Source: Azolla caroliniana
Taxonomy: Eukaryota; Plantae; Polypodiophyta
NCBI GenBank assembly: GCA_043228905.1
Contig: JBHGNT010000020.1
Coordinates: 6,138,001-6,202,000 of the forward strand
Direction of reading: 5' to 3'
Length of the DNA stretch: 64,000 nt
Made by a program: the position numbers and the translations under genes. The notes below the pieces were generated by a model. The model did no database searches. It was not told where the DNA came from and worked only from the letters and a program-made list of their open reading frames with translations. This document shows positions 60,656 through 64,000 of the stretch, piece after piece. The stretch's first letter is position 1; each line of letters begins with the position of its first letter.

Positions 60656-62714
60656 CAAGCATCGGGGACTTCGGCACATACCGGAGGATGTGCGGGTTTG
60701 GAGGGGGCGAGTGTCGTAGTGTAATTCGCACACTACGTGAAAAATTACATTTTTGGTTTCTCCAGATAGGACAGGAGTACCCGGTGAGAACCGGAAGAAG
60801 GAACCGGTAAGGACCGAAAATGGTAAGGAGACCCGACAAGAGCCAGATGAAGAAGGCCGGTGAGAGTCGGTGAGAAACGGACGAAGAGATCGGTAAGGAG
60901 GTCCCGGTAAGAGCCGGACAAAGAAAACTAGCAAGCACCGGATGAAGCAGAACCGGAAAGAGCCGGATGAAGAAGGCCGGTGAGAGTCTCTCACCGGATG
61001 AAGAGACATATTTGTAAATAGAAGAAAGTATAAAAATATATATATTACATGCATAGGGCAAGATTCGAACCTTGCACCTCCATGTTAATAATGTTAAGCC
61101 TTATCATTATACTAGTGTATTATGAATTTTAAAGTTATACTAAACTTTATCCCATGTAAAATTTCTAGACATGCATGGTACAAAAAGTTATTCATGCATA
61201 GACACTCGAGTTAAAAGAAAAGATGAGATAGAAAGCTAATCATGCACATGTAGTGTGCATGAAAACTAAAGATAGGAAAAGCATGATGCTTGCATGTGAT
61301 AAACTTAGACTCTTCCAACACTATATAAGGAAGAGAGAAAGATGTATAGATGTTGTTGATTATTTTACAAGGGTTGATTAGTATAATATAATCGTGGGAT
61401 CCACGAGTTTGCTAACTATTTTTCTCTCTTAATTTGAGTACTCCCTAATACACTATACTCGTGGGATTCACGAGTTTTTCATATCTTTGTTTCTTACAAT
61501 ATATTTCATATTCTTAATCGCCTTAGAATTTTCTTTCCTCCTAGTCCGAAACACCAACGGTTCCCACCCGACTCACGCAACGATCCAGAGCCGTAAGGCA
61601 TGACAGCGTAAACGGAACCTGCATCCCCTGGTCGACGATCTGTTCGACCGACACTAGGTTCTTCGTGATTTTTGGAACGTGTAACACGTTCATGAGTTTC
61701 CCATTCTGCCCGATATGGTTTAGGGGAACTTCACTGACATTCGCAATTGGATGCGGAGTGTCGTCTCCGGTTGCGACTACTCCCGGTTGCATTGGTTTCT
61801 CAAGGTATGAGAACCACTCCTTGTGGCACATCATGTGGTTTGACGCACCCGAGTCGACGTACCACACCTCGTCCGATTGTCGGGGTGGACTTCGTCATCG
61901 AGTTTGCTTCGCGTCTTGTCACGAAGGCTGACACTTTTCCGTCTTTTCCGGATCCTTCAGTGTAGTACGATCGCTGCCGATTACCCTTGTCGGTTTCTCT
62001 GGAACCTGATCCGGATCCGGTCCTCTCCGAATCGGCGCGCTTCTTCCAGCACTCGCTCTCCTTATGGCCTTTCTTGCCACAGTACCAACATTCCGCAACG
62101 GATTTCCCTTGTTGGTTCTCATCGCCTCGACTCCCCCGGTTTCCGAAGGGTCCAGAATTGTTGTCGGCATCACTTCAGTGCCTTCTTCCCTTATCCCATC
62201 GGCTGCCTCCATTGCACACCAACTCACCTTGTCCACCACGACCACGTGGCCTATCTCCCTCCGTGTACAACATCTTGATGTTGGCATGTGTGCTCGTCGA
62301 CGCACCCGTGTGGTTCTCCTCTATAAGGAGCATCAACTGTAGGTCGAAAAATGACGGCGTATTCTCCCGTGTACAAACAACAGTTCGGAACGCTCCGAAC
62401 TTCGACGCTAGTCCCCCGAGACAGATCTGCACCATCTTGCCTTGCTCGACATTCACATCGATAGAGGCTAAGGAGTCGCATATCTCTTTGATCTTCGAGG
62501 TGTAATCATCCATTGACAAGTCACGTTGTCGTAAGTTGCTCAGCTCCTATCGGAGTTGAAGCTTCCTGGCTATGGTGCTTGTGGCGAAAATCTTCTTCAG
62601 ATTTCTCCAAGCATCCTTCGGCGTTTTTGCTTCCCGAATATAGCTCAGAAGTTGTTCGCCCACACAAGACGCGGAGCAGTAGAGAACTCTGCTTGCCAAC
62701 TGTTCCCAAGCCGG

Positions 62715-62776
62715 TAAACCCTAAACCCTAAACCCTAAACCCTAAACCCTAAACCCTAAACCCTAAACCCTAAACC
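62715..62776 (+). repeat. Interstitial plant-type telomeric repeat: TAAA(CCCTAAA)8CC
   Basis: Eight perfect CCCTAAA units (62719-62774) inside B5 gag. Confidence 0.97.
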
Positions 62777-64000
62777 GGAAGTCTTTGTGTGTCGAATCGG
62801 GTGCTGTGTCATTTGCTCCGTTGACATAGCTCTAGTAACCGTGCTCGAACAGGTACTGGTGCATCTTGTAAGACCAAGACGCGTAGTTGTTTCTATCGAG
62901 CTTCTCTGTTGGAAGCGATCTAGCCATGCCTCTATCCATTTTGATTTTCTTGTTCTTTACGAAGGTTAGGTTTTCTTCTTGAGCTAAGGTCGGTTGCAGA
63001 GGTTATCAACCCTCGAGCTCTGATACCATGCAAAAGAATAGCGTGCGGAAGCAATAGAAAACCGAACATAGGAACGCAGGTTTAATGGAGAGCTTGAATA
63101 TACACAGTACACGGGAGAGAGAGAGAGAGAGAGAGCATACGAAACTCAATTAAAAAATAATACACAGTCTATACATAGGATGTGCTCAGTGAGCACCTTT
63201 ATACAAGTCCATACGGACTGGCAAAAGTATTGACGCTTACTTCAATGCTCATAAGTGAGCTCTACACTAACTCCCAAAATATATTCCTACGCGGAATATC
63301 TTTCCAATGGCCTCGCAGTTTACGCACCGCTACGGCTTCCCGTTGCCTACTGGTCTACGCACCGGTTTACGCACCGGTCTGGCCTAACCAATCGATCCCA
63401 ACCGATCCGGTTTTTGACTTGCACAGTCTATCTGGCCAAAATGTTGAGCTTGTATCTCAACAACCTTGACTCCCCTTGCTTGTGGAGGGTCCGGAACTAT
63501 TGTCAGCACTATCTGTGTGCCTCCGATTCTGCTTTTGTTGGCCGCCATTGTTGTGTGCTGAGCCACTTCTTCTTCCACACCCACAGGGCCGATCTGCCCT
63601 TGTGTACAACATCCGGTTGAGTGGTCCTCGACCCATTTGCACATGGTTTTCTTCGACGATCACCATTGGTGGTATCTCCTAGGTGCAAATCATCGTTTGG
63701 ATAGGCCTGTACCACTGCGCTAGACCACCGAGGCAGATCTACACCATCTTGTCTTCATCCACCATCACGTTGATGGACCCTAGTGCGGCACAAATCTCCT
63801 TGATCTTATTGGTATAGTTCGTAACTGACATATCCCTTTGCCTGATGTTGTTGAGCTCTTGCAAGAACTGCAACTTTGGGGCCATGGTACTGGTGGCGAA
63901 ACTCATTTTCAGATTTTCCAAGGCTTCTTTTAGCGACTTGGTGTCTCTAATGTAACCAAGCATCTAATCGTGCACACAAGACGTATATGATCGTGCAGGT

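Larger units (their letters stand above)
54243..61605 (+). mobile_element. Two-LTR Ty3/Gypsy family-D element, tRNA-Trp primed, 4-bp TSD
   Basis: 894-bp LTRs 54243-55136 and 60712-61605; TSD GCGT (54239-54242 / 61606-61609); PPT GGAGGGGGCGAG 60700-60711. Confidence 0.95.
45239..63462 (-). mobile_element. Two-LTR Copia family-B element B5, host to two Gypsy elements and a telomeric insert
   Basis: LTRs 63029-63462 (5') and 45239-45614 (3', ~60 bp shorter). PBS 63017-63028; PPT next to 45614; gag ATG 62939. Degenerate TSD GCATT / ACCTT. About 590 bp of linker and RT N-terminus are deleted near 47337. Confidence 0.9.
40400..64000 (-). mobile_element. Decayed Copia family-B element B4; own sequence 40400-41398, 42727-45238 and 63463-64000 (runs off the window)
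   Basis: 3' LTR 40400-40791 with adjacent PPT; RT, INT and PR remnants. gag is continuous across the B5 insertion when compared with 16927-16970. RNase H is deleted near 41170. Confidence 0.8.

Noticed and set aside
62715-62776. True chromosome end or telomere-telomere fusion
   Set aside because: Only 62 bp, single orientation, and gag continues collinearly on both sides.

Overview
A gene-free, eukaryotic retrotransposon nest, most likely from a land plant (bryophyte-like by inference); I see no host gene. The backbone is one tRNA-iMet-primed Ty1/Copia family (B), present as at least six pieces mostly inserted into each other. Nested in it are: an Athila/Tat-like Ty3/Gypsy element with a long extra 3' ORF and an internal gag/ORF3 duplication (18131-36988), which itself holds a Tnt1-like Copia (22488-27923); a Tcn1-like chromovirus with a self-priming PBS (47974-53668); a tRNA-Trp-primed Gypsy with 4-bp TSDs (54243-61605); and several solo LTRs. 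There is also a LINE 3' fragment and a 62-bp (CCCTAAA)n insert inside a gag gene. All long ORFs are broken by stops or frameshifts. The strongest unexplained signal is a tRNA-like A-box/B-box pair with fixed 44-45 nt spacing, always antisense, in the U3 of five different Gypsy LTRs from at least two lineages. Family names are from motif recognition by eye, not database searches.
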